Part shown: one piece after another, positions 50,249 through 63,206 of the stretch | How the letters are laid out: each line of letters starts with the position of its first letter | Numbering within the stretch: position 1 is the first letter of the stretch | Assembly: GCA_050613775.1 (NCBI GenBank) | Contig: JBODTK010000130.1 | Coordinates: 310,001 to 374,000, forward strand | Source: Neocallimastix sp. 'constans' | Lineage: Eukaryota | DNA length: 64,000 nucleotides | Direction of reading: 5' to 3' | Notes under the pieces: generated by a model | What the model was told of the DNA's origin: nothing | Seen by the model: the letters and a program-made list of their open reading frames with translations, nothing else | Database searches by the model: none | Translations under genes and position numbers: made by a program

Positions 50249-52617
50249 GGGAGTATTGCATTTCGACATAATTTATGTATAATCATTTATTCATGTATTA
50301 CAATGTGGCTTGTAAAAATAAATGAATAGGATAGGGTTAAATTTTTTTTTTTTTTTATTTTATTAACATTTATAGTAAAAAAAAAAATAAATAATAAAGT
50401 AAAATAAAAATAAAAAAAATAAATAATAAAATAAAATAAAAAATAAAAAAAAAAGAATAAAAATATAAGATAAAAAATATAGGTTAAAACAAAAGAATTA
50501 AAGAATAAAACTTTTAATTTAAAATAAAAAAAAAAAAAGAATAAAAATATAAGATAAAAAAAATAGATTAAAACAAAAAAAATTAAAAAATAAAACTTTT
50601 AATTTAAAATAAAAAAAAAAAAAAGAATAAAAATATAAGATAAAAAAAATAGATTAAAACAAAAAAAATTAAAAAATAAAACTTTTAATTTAAAATATTT
50701 ATAATAAATGGATGATCAATTAGAAATAAGTGAAACTAATAAAGAAAAAAACCAAATCATTGTAAACAAAAAATATAAATTTAATTTATGGTATATAACG
50801 AATAGTACAAAAGTATTTAAATGTACTGAATATAAAACCGTTAAAAAATGTAAATCACACATTATTCTAAATGATAATAATAAAGTAATAAAATATGAAA
50901 ATAAACATACTCATCCAGGAAAAGAATATGATGCATCTGTATCAATAGTAAAACATAAAATGAAAAATGAAATTAGAAAAACCTTAATCCCATTTGATAT
51001 AAATCCAAAACATATATATAATGAAATATCTGAAGAAATTGGATTGATATGCCCTGAATATAATTCAATTAAATCTCAAATATCAAGATATATAAAAAAA
51101 CAACTACCTCCTGATATATCAAAATTTAATGAAATTCCAGATGAATCTGAATATTATATAAACGAAAGAGATGAAAATTTTATGATATTCAAAAATCCTA
51201 ATATTATAATTTTTCAATCACCATTCCAAACAGAATTGTTTATTAAATACAACGAAAATATGTTTGCTGATGGTTCATTTTATATTGCACCAATATTTGG
51301 TTATCAAGTGTTTATAACAAGAATATTTACTCCAGAAATAAATAGTTTTTACACTACATCACTATCTATATTGAATAATAAAGAACAAGCAACCTATCAG
51401 CTGTTATTTGAAGAATTAAAAAGAATGCAAGTAAATATAATAATAATATTATAGTTACACCAAAAATTTTGCATTGTAATTTTGAAAAAGGTATATCCAA
51501 TGCTGCCATTAAAATATTTCCTAATATTACTATTAAATATTGTGTATGGCATTATAAAAGATCGTTAGAAGTTCAAAAAAACAGATTATATTATAATGAA
51601 GTTAAAAGTAATCATAAAATTTATTTATTTTATAAAGCTATTACAAATTTTCCTTTTATAAATCCTGAATATATATTTGATATTTATAATTATATTAAAA
51701 TTATATGTCAAATATATAATTATTTCCATTTTTTAAATTTTTTGGAATATTTTAATAAGACTTATTTATATAAATATGATATTCAATATTGGAATTATTA
51801 TAACGATATAAACCACATAACAAATAATGCTTCAGAATCTTTTAACAATTACTTAAAAAAATTGTTTTAAAAAAAACCTTCTTTCTATGAATTGATTTAT
51901 CGTTTAAAAAGAGAAGAATCTTTATCTTACTATAATTACAAAAGGAAAATTGAAGGAGTTTGGAAAAAAAAAAGAATATTAACAAAAACTGATGAAATCA
52001 ATGATTTAATTAAAAAATACAAAAAAAAAAGGAATCCGAATTGATAAAAAATGTGATAAAAATGATATATTTATGGTATAAATATTTATTAGAATTAAAC
52101 AAGGTCCAAATTTTTAAATAATAATAATTAACTAGAATATATATAGTTTAAATTATATTAATATCAATATCAATATATTTTATTAATATCAATATCATTA
52201 TATTTTATTAATATCAATATTATTATATTTCATTAATATCAATATCTTTATATTTTATTAATATCAATATCAATATTTAAATTTTATTAATAATAAATAT
52301 TTAATATTAAAATAAATTTTATTTTATTATTTAATTAATTTAATAATAAAATATTAAATATTTAATAATAATATATAATAATAAAATGAAAATTAATTAA
52401 ATAATTGAAAATAAATAAAAATAAAATAAAATTCTTAACTGAAAACTTATTTATTCTTTTATTTATTATTTTTTTTAGTTTTTATTTTATTTTTTTAATG
52501 CTAAATTACAATAAATAAAAATATACCTTGAAAGTTGTGGCGTATTATATAATTTATACGCATTGTACAAATATTTATGCTTATTATACATAAATTATGT
52601 CGAAATGCTTCACATCC
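50249..52617 (+). mobile_element. MULE 'A' with TIRs and 9-bp TSD (TATGAAATA / TGTGAAATA)
   Basis: Both ends share GCATTTCGACATAATTTATGTATAAT from position 10. TSD at 50240-50248 and 52618-52626 (8/9 match). Confidence 0.92.
50708..52110 (+). pseudogene. MULE A transposase, disrupted
   Basis: ORFs 50708-51454 and 51469-51870; FADGSF, HCNFE (second Asp changed to Asn), CVWH, TNNASES. Frameshift near 51420 and premature stop at 51868-51870. Confidence 0.9.
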
Positions 52618-53093
52618 TGTGAAATATCCTTATAATCGGGGAGAGCGCGTTTCGGAACCGCACGTGAATAGATATAAGCCACATGTTTTTTGAGATGGCG
52701 TATTATATATAAATTTTTTATATAAATAAATAATTAAATAATAATTAAATAAATTTTTTATTTTATAATAATTTCATAATTTAATATATATTTGATAATA
52801 AAAAATAAAAAAATAAAAAAATAAAAAAATAAAAAAAAAATAAAAATAAAAAAATAAAAAAAATAAAAAAATAAAAAAAATAAAAAAATAAAAAAAATAA
52901 AAAAAATTAAAAATAAAAAAAATATAAAAAAAATAAAAAAGATTAAAAAAATAAAATTACAAAAAAAATAAAATAAAATATTTTCATTTTTATTTATATT
53001 TATAACTGTAATTTTTAAAAAAATTGAAAATACATATTAAATAAAAAATAAAAAATAAATATTTCATATTTATTAATATTTATATTAAAAATT

Positions 53094-54546
53094 TTGATGG
53101 AGGGAAATCTAAAAATTGATATAAGTGAAACAAATCGAGGAAAAGAGCAAATAATTATAGATCGAAAATTTAAATATAATTTTTTAAAATTAAAAAAAGA
53201 TAATACAAAAATATATAGATGTACAGAATATAAAACATTAAATAAATGTAAGTCTTTTATTATTTTAAATGATAATAAAGAGGTTTTAAATTATGATTCT
53301 TCCCATAATCATCCTGGTAATAAAATTAATGCATCCAAATCATTAATAAAACATAAAATTAAAGATGAAATAAAAAAAAGTTTGATTCCTTCTGATATAA
53401 AATCAAAACGCATATTTGATAAAATTTCTCAAGAAATAGGATATATATGCTCTGAATATAAAACAATTAAATCCCAAATAACAAGATATAAAAACAAACA
53501 ATTATTTCCTAATGTAAAAACATTTGATGAAGTTCCTAATGTATCTGAATATTATAAAACAATAAGAGGTGAATACTTTATGATATTCAAAAATTCTAAT
53601 ATAATAATTTTTCAATCACCATTCCAAGCAAAATTATTTATGGAGAATAAACATATATTTGCTGATGGTACATTTTTAATAGCTCCAACTAATAGTTATC
53701 AAGTATTCATTACCAGAACTTATGTTACAGAATTAAATTGTTTTTACACTACTTCCATGTCAATATTAAAAAACAAAGAACAAACAACTTACGAAATATT
53801 ATTTAATGAAATAAAAAAAAAATATAATTAAGTATAATATAAATATTAATTTCTCAGAAAAAATTTTTCATTGTGATTTTGAAAAAGGAATATCTAATGC
53901 TGTGGAAAATATTTTTCTCAATATAAATATTAAATATTGTTTTTGGCATTATAAAAGATTATTAATGACAAAAAAAAATAAATTATGTTACAAGGAAGTG
54001 AAAGATCATAATATTTTAAATACTTATTATAAAGCCATTTCTAATTTATGTTTTATTAATATTGAATACATACCTGATATTTTTAATAAAATTAAAAATA
54101 CATGCATGAGATATAAATCTACCTGTTCCCAATTTTTGAATTTTTTAGATTATTTTGAGAAAACATTTCTAAATATCTATAATATAAAATATTGGAATTA
54201 TTACAATAATATAGACCACATAACAAATAATGCTTCAGAATCTTATAACAGTTATTTAAAAAATTTATTTGTAAAAAAGCCTTCATTTTATAAATTAATA
54301 TATACAATACAATTTGAAGAATCCAAATCTTACTATGATTACCATATGAGAATTAAAGGAATTTGGAGAAAAAAGAGCAGAATATCAGAAAGGGTCGATG
54401 ACATTAATATTTTAGTTGAATATTATAAAAATATGGAAGCCGAATTAAAAAATATTGGATGTAGTAAAAATGATATCATCGAAAATTGGTTTAATTGTTT
54501 AATTAGATTGAATAATGAAATCATTAATTTTAATAAAACAAAATAA
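53094..54546 (+). pseudogene. MULE B transposase with a single +1 frameshift in an A10 run (53813-53822); otherwise intact
   Basis: ORFs 53094-53831 and 53902-54546; FADGTF, HCDFE, CFWH and TNNASES all present. Confidence 0.85.
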
Positions 54547-55384
54547 AAATAATTATTAAAATCCTTTCAAAATCATAATTACAATTAATTGAAAATTAAA
54601 TTTTTTTATTTAATAAGAAATTCAATATTGAAATTTATTTAATATTTATTGATAGGGTTAGCTTAAAAATATTAAAAAAAAATTTTTTTTATAAATTTAT
54701 TTTAAATATTTTTTACTTTATTAAATATTATTAAATAAAATTAAAAGATGTCTTTATTATTATATATTAGTATTATAAAATATTAAAAATATGAATGTAT
54801 TGCATTTAGCATTATTTTTATTTTATATTGTAGTAAATTAATAAATAAATAAATAATTTTTATAAAATAAACTAATTATTAAATTAATATATTTTTTAAA
54901 AATATATTTAATGTATATTTCATATTTTTAATAAATATTCAAATATACATTTTAAATATATATAATGATATTTAAGTATTATAATACTTATAAAAGAAAA
55001 TAATTAATATTTTAAATTATTTCTATCAGGCTTTCTAAAAAAACTTTACTATTTGTAAAAATAGTAATGCTCTTTTTGTTTATTAGATTTGTATAATATA
55101 AATATCTAAAATAATTTATTTATTATTTAATAGAAATTTATGTTTAAAAATGTTATTGTTATTATTACTATTACTAAAAAAAAGTTTTAATTTAATATTT
55201 ATAATTAAATTTTCAAATAATCTTTCCTTATCAAGTTAAATATAATACTCCTGAGTAAAAAAGATTTTTGTATTATATAAAATTTATTTAAAATATTAGA
55301 TAAAAAAATATTAAAAAGGAAATAAGAATTTTAAAAAGAATATTTAAAAATAAAATGAAAAAAATATAGAATGTAATAATATAG

Positions 55385-56890
55385 AAGTACAAGTATATAA
55401 AATAAAATAAAATAAAATAAATAGTTGAAATATAAATATGAAGTACAGAATGAATAAAATAAAATAATAGTTGAAATATAAATATGAAGTACAGATTGAA
55501 TAAAATAAAATAAATAGTTGAAATATAAGTATGAAGTACAGAATGAATAAAATAAAATAAAATAAATAGTTGAAATATAAATATGAAGTATAGAATGAAT
55601 AAAATAAAGTAAAATAAATAGTTGAAATAAAAATATGAAGTACAGATTGAATAAAATAAAATAAAATAAAATAAAATAAAAATAATATAAATAGTTGAAA
55701 TATAAATATGAAGTACAGAATGAATAAAATAAAACAAATAGTTGAAATATAAATATAAAGTACAGATTGAATAAAATAAAATAAATAGTTGAAATATAAA
55801 TATGAAGTACAGAATGAATAAAATAAAATAAAATAAAATGAAATGAAATGAAATAAAATAAAAATAAAACAAATAGTTGAAATATAAATATGAAGTACAG
55901 ATTGAATAAAATAAAATAAAATAAAATAAAATAAAATAAAATAAAATAAAATAAAATAAAATAAAATAAAATAAAATAAAATAAAATAAAATAAATAGTA
56001 GAATATAAATATAAGTACAGATTGAATAAAATAAAATAAAATAAAATAAAATAAAATAAAATAAATAGTTGAAATATAAATATTAAAGTACAGATTGAAT
56101 AAAATAAAATAAAATAAAATAAAATAAAATAAAATAAAATAAAATAAAATAAAATAAAATAAAATAAAATAAAATAAAATAAAATAAAATAAAATAAAAT
56201 AAAATAAAAAAATTATTTGAATTATAATAAAAATACAAGTATTAATAAAAATAAAATAAAATAAAATAAAATAAAATAAAAAAATTATTTGAATTATAAT
56301 AAAAATACAAGTATTAATAAAAATAAAATAAAATAAAATAAAATAAAATAAAAAAATTATTTGAATTATAATAAAAATACAAGTATTAATAAAAATAAAA
56401 TAAAATAAAATAAAATAAAATAAAATAAAATAAAATAAAATAAAATAAAATAAAATAAATAGTGAAGTAATATAAAAGAATAAAGTATTAATAAAAATAA
56501 AATAAAATAAAATAAAATAAAATAAAATAAAATAAAATAAAATAAAATAAAATAAAATAAAATAAAATAAAATAAAATAAAATAAAATAAAATAAAATAA
56601 AATAAAATAAAATAAAATAAAATAAAATAAAATAAAATAAAATAAAATAAAATAAAATAAAATAAAATAAAATAAAATAAAATAAAATAAAATAAAATAA
56701 AATAAAATAAAATAAAATAAAATAAAATAAAATAAAATAAAATAAAATAAAATAAAATAAAATAAAATAAAATAAAATAAAAAAATTATTTGAATTATAA
56801 TAAAAATACAAGTATTAATAAAAATAAAATAAAATAAAATAAAATAAAAATTTGAATTATAATAAAAATACAAGTACTAATAAAATAAAA
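55385..56890. repeat. Compound satellite inside MULE B: two kinds of ~35-40-bp cores separated by (AAATA)n, including a ~280-bp pure (AAATA)n tract
   Basis: Core 1 AAATAGTTGAAATATAAATATGAAGTACAGA(A/T)TGAAT; core 2 AAAAAATTATTTGAATTATAATAAAAATACAAGTATT. Confidence 0.92.
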
Positions 56891-59800
56891 TAAATAAAAT
56901 AAATATGTGAATAATAATAAATTGCAAGTATCAATAGAAATAAAATAAAATAATATAAAATAAATAAATATGCAGTGAAATAATAATATATAATATGATA
57001 AAATAAAATAAATAAGATATTGATATGAAATTAATATAAAAACTGAATTTAGCAACAAATAAATTATATAATAAAGTAAATGATATAGCATATTCATATA
57101 TATTAACATGAATTTTATTATAATTTTTACAGTATTTTAAATTAATGTAAATTATTATATTTCCATATAATAAACAAACTTTATAATTAGAAAATAGTAT
57201 AAAAAAAAATATTATTAAATATTATTATAAAATAATTAAATGAATAAATTAATAAATAAATAAAAATTTTCAGAATATGGCGAATGTAAATCATCATTTT
57301 TTTTGAAATATATCACATTTTAAATATTTTTAATAATTATTTTTTCAAAGAAATTATATGTGCCATTTTATTTTAATGTTTAAATATTATATTCATAAAT
57401 AAAAATTTATAAAAAATAATATAAGCCACATTCCGAAATGAAAATTTATGTAAAAAATTTTAAAGCCACATTCCGAAACGCACCACCCTCCTTATAATCA
57501 TCAATATCATGTGACTTGTTAACCTTTAAATTTAAATTATTATTTGATTTATTAATAGCATTATTAGAATTTAATATAAATTTGTTAATATTAGCATTAA
57601 ATTGAGAATTATCTTCCAATAATTTTGCAGGAAAATTTTTGTCGATTTTTGAAAAATTTTTATTATTAAAAATTTTTTCATTTTTAGAAAATATTTTATG
57701 AAGAATTTTGTCATTTTTTGAAGAATTTTTATTTTTAAAAATTTTTTCATTCTTGTAAGTATTATTTTTTGAATTATTTATATTATTTGAAATATTATTT
57801 TTACTCATTTCTTTATCTTTTATTGTTATTGGCTTTTTATCAATATTTTTATTAATTGTAGGAGTATCAACAATAGAAGTGGACGGTGTGACAGGATTAT
57901 TTTGTTTTGGTGTTATATCTTCATATATTACTTCTTTTCCTTTTCTACTTTTTTTTAACAGGATTAGTATTTTTAAGAAATTCATTAGAATTGAATTTCT
58001 TAAATTCGAAATTTGGAATTTCAGGATCACAATTATTATAATTCAGGATATTATTGGAAGTAGAAGGTAAGTCGTCAATATTATTTTCATTATTATTGGT
58101 TATTTTCTTTCTTTTTTTGTTTATTTCATAAGTAAAATCAAATGTATCTCTACTAAATAATTTGTTATTATTATGAATAAATTTCGAATTATATTCATCA
58201 ATAAAATTTTTAGAATTCATTTTTGTGTCGTCTTTATATGAATTGCTTTTAGTGTTTTCTTTATTTATGGTATTGTTGTGTTTATTATATATATATTTAT
58301 TATTATCTCTTGGTATGTTTTTATCTATATTATTGTCATGAAAATAATTTGTATCGTTTAAGTTAGTTATAATATTTTTATCATTCCTTTCATTATAATT
58401 TAAATTTTCCTTAATAATATCTTTTATGGTCAGATTTTTATTATTATATTTATCGTTTAAGGTATATTTTTCTATATCCATATTAACTTCTTTGTTATTA
58501 GAATATACTCCTCTTCTTGAGATATCATTATCCTTATTTATTGATTTTTTCGTTATATTATCGATATTTTCTTTGTTATTTAATTTATTATTACTTTTTA
58601 CATTATTATCCTCAAGATTTTCATTATTGTTATTAATATTTTCTGGTAATATATCGTTATAAATATTTGTATTATTATTTCTTTTTTCATTTTTGATCTC
58701 TTCTTCAACTGCTTTTCTTTCATTTATATCTTCTTCTGTGCTTCTTACATTATTTAGGTCATTTTCAATTTCCATATTAATGTTTTCCATATTTTCATTT
58801 TCATTTTCCATATTGATATTTTCTTCAATATTTATTTCTTCAATATTTACTTCTTCATCTACATTATGTATTTCTTCGTTATTTAATTCTTCTCCAACAT
58901 TATGTGTTTCTTCATTATTAACTTCTTCAACATTATGTATTTCTTCATTATTAACTTCTTCAGCATCATGTATTTCTTCTGGAATTAAATTTCTTTCTTC
59001 TCTATTGTTAATAATAGGTCCCATATTATTCCTGTTTAGGTTTTCAAAGGTAAAATAAGGATCTTCCTTTGATATATTTTTATATTTGAAATTTGAAGGT
59101 TCATTTTCTAAACACTCAACTTCTCTAACGTGATGGATATTTAAATCTTTTTCATCCATAACTATATGATTAGGTCTGATTATCGAAACCAAGAAATATT
59201 CCTTTTTTCGCGTTTGGTGCGAATTTTGGTTTATGTTGGGTAAAATCTTTATAATAGCATACACAACCAAATGTTCTTAAATGTTTTATAGATACCTTTT
59301 TATCTTCAAACACTTCATCTGGAATTATGTTATTGTTTCCAGAATGTGGTATTTTGTTGTAAATATAGCAAGCTTGTTTAATGGCGTATTCCCAGAAATT
59401 TTCAGACATACCAGCCCAATGTAGGAGTGTAATAGCTGCATTCACTAAGGTTTGATTAATTCTTTCTGCCTTTCCATTAATTTCGGGGTTATATGGCGCA
59501 GAATATAGTTTTTCTATACCATATTCTTTACATAATTTGTTAATTTTCTTATTTTTATATTCTTTACCCCCATCAGTTCTAAATTTTTTAATTGATAATT
59601 CTTTGAACTGATTATTTAAATATTTAAAGAAGTAAATAATAATATCTGGTGCCTCAGATTTGGATTTCAGAGTGAAAATCCAAACTTTTCTTGAAAATTC
59701 ATCCATAAATGTAATAAAATATTTTTTATTATCTATGGAAGGATTTACAGGTCCAGAAATATCAGAATGTATAACTTCTAATTTTTCCTTAGCTTTGGGT

Positions 59801-60232
59801 GGTTCACCATTATGTGCTATTCTTTTCATTTTTGAGATTTTACAATCTATACATAATGGACTTTTAATGTTATGCATTTCTAAGTATTTGTTTAAATTAT
59901 TTTGGTAGAAGTGTCCCAATCTTCTATGCCATATTTCTTTGCTTATATTATCAGTTTTGTCTACTGATAATATTTCTTTCTTTTTAAAGCTATTATTTTT
60001 TGCTTTATATAAGACTTCCATTTTGAATTGATTATAATTATTGGATTCAAAGTATCCAATGTGTTTATTCTTTATATTTCTTAATTCTAACCTTACTTTT
60101 TCATCATTTAAGGGTTTAATAATTGATATTATGCCCAGTTTTGCTAATTCTATAGCACTAAAGAGATTTTTGTTTACCTTTTCTGAATATAATACTCTTT
60201 TTAAAATAAATTTATAATCGTTTATACAAATT

Positions 60233-60672
60233 CAGGTGAGTTGCGGCTGTGCATAGATTATCGAAAACCTAGCCAATGGTCCATGATAAACGCTTATCTT
60301 ATTCCTAGGATTAGTGCAGTGTTCGAGGCAATGAAAGGAGCTGTGGTGTTCTCGAAATTTAACCTTAAATCCCCGTATAATCTAGTAAGGATACAAGAAG
60401 GCGATGAATACAAGCCTTCAACACCATGTTCGGGCACTTTGAGCACTTAGTTATGCCATTTGGACTAATTAACGCACCTACAGTGTTCTAAAGCTTAGTG
60501 AATTATATCTTCAGTGTGAATATCGGAAAGTACCGTCAAAACTACCTTGATGATATCTTAGTATACTCAAGAACATGTACAGTATGTTTGTACTATATTA
60601 AAGAAGTTAATCGAACATAATCTTGTAGCCTAGAAATCTATGTGTGAGCTACAAAAGTTAAAGATATCATTT
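60233..60672 (+). mobile_element. Ty3/gypsy reverse-transcriptase fragment (decayed)
   Basis: SGELRLCIDYRK..YLIPRI..FSKFNLKSPYNLVRIQEGDEYK; MPFGLINAP; YLDDILVYS at ~60543-60569. Confidence 0.9.
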
Positions 60673-61530
60673 TATATTTTGCAATTAAAAATGGATGTGA
60701 AGATACTTTTATTAAAAATATTTATAAATGGTATAATATTAATCAGTTAGATTATTGTTATTTTTTAAATAATAGATTTATTTCTCCTCTATTATATTCA
60801 TTTATTTATAAAAAATATGAATTGAGTTCCTAACTAATAAAGGAGCTAATATTAATAGAAAATATAATAATGAGTTTATTAAAATACTTAATTAATAATG
60901 AATATTTTAATGAAGAAAATATTTCAATTTTAGTTAAAATAAATATAAATTTAATCGTAATGATTTTGAAATTCTTTTCCAAAAAGAGTTCAACTTAATT
61001 ATATTAACATTTGAACAAATTACTTAATTCAACGAAGAAATAAAAAATAATTATAATAAAAATAATAATATGGAAAAAAAAAAAGAAGATTTGAAAAAGA
61101 AAAAGAAAAAGAAAAAATCGAAATCATCATGCAGGAAATTAATATACCATTTATGTGGTATATCAAATTATTTAAAGAAAATAAATTTAGAGAAATAACT
61201 CTATTACTTAAATATGAAAGATCAAAAGAAAAATTTAATGGAATAAAATTTTTCGATAATCAATTTGAATATTTAAATAAAAATTGTGAAAATGATACTG
61301 AATTTCATTTTTTACACGAAATTACAGAAAAAAATATTGAAATTCCCAATTACAAAAATGGAAATTATGAAGATCCTAATAAAGTTATGCAGATTAAAAA
61401 TAAATTTGATCAAATTTTTTATAGAAAAAGAGAATTATATAAAAAAATTCTTTTAAATAAAGAAAACAATGAAATTGAAGAATTTAAAAATAATAAATTT
61501 TTTTTACAATATATGCAAAAAAAAAATTAG
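60673..61530 (+). pseudogene. Decayed ankyrin-repeat gene fragment with a Lys/Glu-rich C-terminal domain
   Basis: LYFAIKNGCE at ~60673 and LTNKGANIN-like at ~60830, followed by ORF 61129-61530. Multiple frame breaks. Confidence 0.55.
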
Positions 61531-62914
61531 AATTAATTAGAATTAATTAAAATAAGCATTAAAAAAAAATAAGACAAATTCACATATAATAATTTTTATT
61601 TCTTTCTAGGACATATGATCATTTAAAGTTAGGTATGAATAAAGCGAAGAAAAATTACCGACTCAATATTAGCCGCTCTCCATTCCCTAATATAATAGTA
61701 ATATAATAGTAAAGAATATAATATATTTTAATATAATAAATATTTAATTTTTTAGGTTTGAGAAGTTTACGAATTGATTAGGGTAAATATTCTCGATTTA
61801 GGTTATGTTGGTCAGGTCAAGATGTTGGTATTAATTAACTATTAATTGAATTTAAATAATTAATGACTAACAATGCTTTTTAATTAAAAAATTCAATAAA
61901 TAAATATTTATGTTTTATTAAAACTTTATTTAATATATTTTAATAAATAATTATATTAATATTAATATTAAGAAATATTATTGTTATAATTAATATTAGC
62001 GTTATGTTATGTTAATAGGTTAATAATCTTACAAAAACTTTAAAAGAATGAAATTTCAATTCTTTTTTATAATAATCTAAAATAATAAAACAATATAATT
62101 AAATGATACATTTAATCTTAATACATTCATACATGTATATAAACTATATAAAATATAATAATAAATTAATATTGATAAGAATCTTTTAATAAAATAACTA
62201 TATAAACATTCATAAAACAATTTGATAATAGAACAATTTAATGATGAAATAAAATAAAAATAAAATGAATTAAAATTTTAAAACTAATTCAAAGTCACTT
62301 TTGGAAATCTTAAAATTATAAGGATTTTCTTAGAATCTTTTAGAACCTATTGAATAAATTTATATTAAAATAATTTATATAAAACTTATTAACTTGGTTA
62401 AAATATTATAAATTATTATTAATTACTAATTACTAATTACTAATTCTCTACATTTTAATTATTTATATTTGTTTATAAAATTAGTAATATAAATTCAAGT
62501 TAAAGTTTTTTTCTATATAAATTATTAATTAATTGTTTAAAGTCTATTTAAAATAATTAAATTATTTTTTGTAATTGAATTTTCTTCAAAGTCCAATATC
62601 TCGTCTCCTAGTGGTTCAATTAGATTGAAATTAACATATATTGTAGTTCTCAGCCGTAGCTTTCTAATGAATATAGTTTTAGCTGGAATATTATTATAAT
62701 ATTTCCATTTCTTGTTGTGTCATCATTATTTTTCTTCTAAATATTTTTATCTATTTCTTAAGGGTTAAATTAAATTAAATTATTTTTAGTAAATGAGTCC
62801 AAACCCTTTTATTTCTAATTATTTAATGTTCCTAATATTTATTTTTTATAATTAAAATAGATTTTAAAATAATTTTATTAATAACGAAATTAAATATCAA
62901 TTGATCACTTAGCT

Positions 62915-63206
62915 ATGATAACCCAAGAGGATTCTGCAGCAGAAACGGTCGAGAAAGTGGGGCTAGAGAAGCTATTTTCTATAGGCGAAATAATAGATAA
63001 GTATTATAGAGACTTGACTGAAACCTTCAATGAAGAAATCACCGTGACATTGCCAGAGTACAGGCCATACGATTATAAGATAGAACTAGAGCCTGATGCA
63101 CCACTTTACAAAGGAGCTATTTATCCTACGAGTCCTAGAGAAGAAAAAGCATTAAAAGAATACAGACGAAAATCTGGCTAAAGGGTTCATTACAAGATCA
63201 GAATAT
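62915..63206 (+). mobile_element. Ty3/gypsy pol fragment (region immediately N-terminal to the RT core)
   Basis: LPEYRPYDYKIELEPDAPLYKGAIYPTSPREEKALKEY then, after a frameshift, ENLAKGFITRSE. Confidence 0.85.

Larger units (their letters stand above)
52638..57490 (+). mobile_element. MULE 'B' with perfect 9-bp TSD CTTATAATC
   Basis: Ends GGGGAGAGCGCGTTTCGGAA and (reverse complement) GAGGGTGGTGCGTTTCGGAA. TSD at 52629-52637 and 57491-57499. Confidence 0.93.
47870..60232 (-). mobile_element. Decayed, 5'-truncated copia element (copy 2) interrupted by two MULEs; left boundary approximate
   Basis: Integrase 59170-60021 (WHRRLGH, HSDISGP, RTDGGKEY), Asn-rich spacer, RT 48882-49841 (LYVDDM), RNase H 48140-48607, PPT 48122-48130 and LTR starting TG at 48121. 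Gag and the 5' LTR are absent. Confidence 0.9.

Noticed and set aside
51418..53822. Programmed ribosomal frameshift at the shared E(L/I)KK A-run of MULE transposases
   Set aside because: The required shifts are opposite (-1 in A, +1 in B) and the third copy is in frame there; better explained by slippage or sequencing error.
55385..56420. CRISPR-like look of constant cores with variable spacers (also 26088-26255)
   Set aside because: Spacers are simple (AAATA)n or (TA)n rather than unique sequence; no cas genes; eukaryotic context.
55288..57109. Long minus-strand ORFs up to 509 aa (FILFY repeats)
   Set aside because: Translation of the (TATTT)n satellite, which lacks stop codons by construction.
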